DNA of 64,000 nucleotides from an uncultured Gammaproteobacteria bacterium (GTDB lineage Bacteria; Patescibacteriota; Microgenomatia; Levybacterales; UBA12049): NCBI GenBank assembly GCA_964507055.1, contig CAZDOJ010000001.1, positions 13,210 to 77,209 of the forward strand, read 5' to 3'. Shown piece by piece: positions 62,698 to 64,000 of this stretch (position 1 is its first letter; each line of letters starts with the position of its first letter). The notes under the pieces were generated by a model. It saw only the letters and a program-made list of their open reading frames with translations, ran no database searches and was not told where the DNA came from. The position numbers and the translations under genes were made by a program.

Positions 62698-64000
62698 ATG
62701 GAGCCTAGAGAACCGAGAGGTTTCCGCAGAATTGCGGACAGATTATTATCTCCTGAACTACAGCGAGGAGATCCAAGAGGAAAAGCATTTACCATGGTAA
62801 ATGGTGGCCACGATGTTGAGGACATACCGCAGCTTAACCATTGGCGTGCACATGTTCGCACAGCATTGTCTATTACACCTACTGGGAAAAAAGTGATGCT
62901 TTATTTAGAGTCTGGAGCACTTACCACATTGCAATCTGAACGAATACAGCAATTAACCGATCAAGGTATGACATTGACTGATGCCGAAGCACAATTACGC
63001 TACGAAACTATAAATACTGGGGGACGTAAGTCTCGAAAAGATGCTGATAAGTGGAGGCCTGCATTGCGTCAACAGATACGAAGAGAACGTGAAGAAAACA
63101 GACAAACTTACCTTCTTGAAGTTCGAGATCAGGTAGATGCTCTGATCAGAGAATATCCAAATCGATTTGTTGTCACTTTAGAAGGACAAAGTGATGAAGT
63201 TCTTGATGCAAATAGTACATTTCAAGATGAAATTGAAGCACCTATTCCTACAAATGTGCGGTCTGGGCGTTTGATATCAGATCGGCGGGCACAGTTGGAA
63301 GACTGGGCAGCGAATCAAAAAGTTCGTGAAACTAAAATTGTTAAAGATATTACATCAGCAATGTCCAGAAAAGACGTACATGTTGGAGTAGGCTTACAAG
63401 GTGCATGGCATCACGGTGGCGTTGATGTTCAAGTTCGAGAAAATCTTCGTTTGCCTGATGATGTTTCGGGAAGAATTGTGACAAGTTCTTTTGCAGAATC
63501 TCACATGCCAGTTCAAGAGCGTGGACAGATTCTCTATCCGTTAAATCCTCAACTTGACCTCATGAGAAGAATTATTAATGGTGAAGCGATAAGTGATAAC
63601 GAGATTAGATTTGCGATAGAGGCAGAAACAATTGATTTTAATCAGATGACTCCTGAAGACGCTATCTTGAGAGGCACACGTCCGGAGGCCGATTCCTATC
63701 TCTCTGACTTTACAGCCGACACAATGGTGATCGGAGGAGTATATCCAACTGGAAAAAGTCCTGAATATTATAGAGATCAACAGCGATATGTTCGATTAAA
63801 AATGGCTTTGAATCAAGAAACCACGCAATTAAGGGCAGTATCTCCAAAGCAACAAGAAACGCAAGGAGATGATACTTCTTCATTGCATATACATGATTCC
63901 TCTGTGCGTGCACGGACCTATAGCGGATCTCCTGAGGACTATTCTTTATTATCTTTGTCGACACGCCAAACCATGGTTGCTATGGCAGGAGGAAGCGAAG
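62698..64000 (+). CDS. family A paralog (T23), partial, runs off right edge
   Basis: Absent from the ORF track because it has no in-window stop. MEPREPRGFRR...FTMVNGGHD...KVMLYLESGA...YPNRFVVTLEGQ...VGLQGAWHHGG aligns with the family A blocks. TGaTAAAAT lies 7 nt before the ATG. Confidence 0.75.
   Translation, partial: MEPREPRGFRRIADRLLSPELQRGDPRGKAFTMVNGGHDVEDIPQLNHWRAHVRTALSITPTGKKVMLYLESGALTTLQSERIQQLTDQGMTLTDAEAQLRYETINTGGRKSRKDADKWRPALRQQIRREREENRQTYLLEVRDQVDALIREYPNRFVVTLEGQSDEVLDANSTFQDEIEAPIPTNVRSGRLISDRRAQLEDWAANQKVRETKIVKDITSAMSRKDVHVGVGLQGAWHHGGVDVQVRENLRLPDDVSGRIVTSSFAESHMPVQERGQILYPLNPQLDLMRRIINGEAISDNEIRFAIEAETIDFNQMTPEDAILRGTRPEADSYLSDFTADTMVIGGVYPTGKSPEYYRDQQRYVRLKMALNQETTQLRAVSPKQQETQGDDTSSLHIHDSSVRARTYSGSPEDYSLLSLSTRQTMVAMAGGSE

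Noticed and set aside
24913-64000. Calling the island an ICE, prophage or plasmid insertion.
   Set aside because: No integrase, transposase, relaxase, tRNA target or flanking direct repeats are visible in the window, and the right boundary is not in view. The promoter style is the same as in the core genome.

Overview
AT-rich, tightly packed bacterial window using the standard code (TGA is a stop). It is probably from a small-genome Patescibacteria/CPR-like organism; that placement is inference from gene content and style only. The left 25 kb is ordinary core genome. It holds four secreted surface proteins with vWA, cohesin-like and dockerin-like modules, and a thymidylate/folate cluster (dcd, two tmk, a second dcd/dut-family gene, thyA, folA, glyA). 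It also holds a vWA membrane protein, a membrane-anchored Hint/BIL-domain protein, rpsB-tsf-frr, rseP, the oxidative pentose-phosphate trio pgl-zwf-gnd, and a T-box leader followed by a small ORF and an INS-less proS. The right 39 kb (about 24.9 kb to the window end) is the unusual part. It is an uninterrupted array of 21 complete genes plus 1 partial gene with mostly unrecognisable bodies. Every complete non-ATPase product ends in the same C-terminal tail, roughly h-D-W-x-G-acidic-P-D-x-G-P-x-[RK]-[ST]-L-COOH. The array surrounds an atypical 1250-aa VirD4/TraG-family coupling ATPase that has no visible transmembrane segment. Tail-bearing proteins include a 7-member paralog family with conserved H/E/E/H positions and a second 4-member family. 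They also include a sigma-70-like protein, two multi-HTH proteins and an FMO-like flavoprotein. Gene junctions in the array are stereotyped: a conserved upstream box, an extended -10 TGnTAyAAT-CC, then ATG 6-10 nt later, which implies leaderless mRNAs. I interpret the array as a candidate effector arsenal carrying a new C-terminal recognition signal read by the coupling ATPase. This is a hypothesis only. No secretion-channel genes are visible in the window and no database search was possible.
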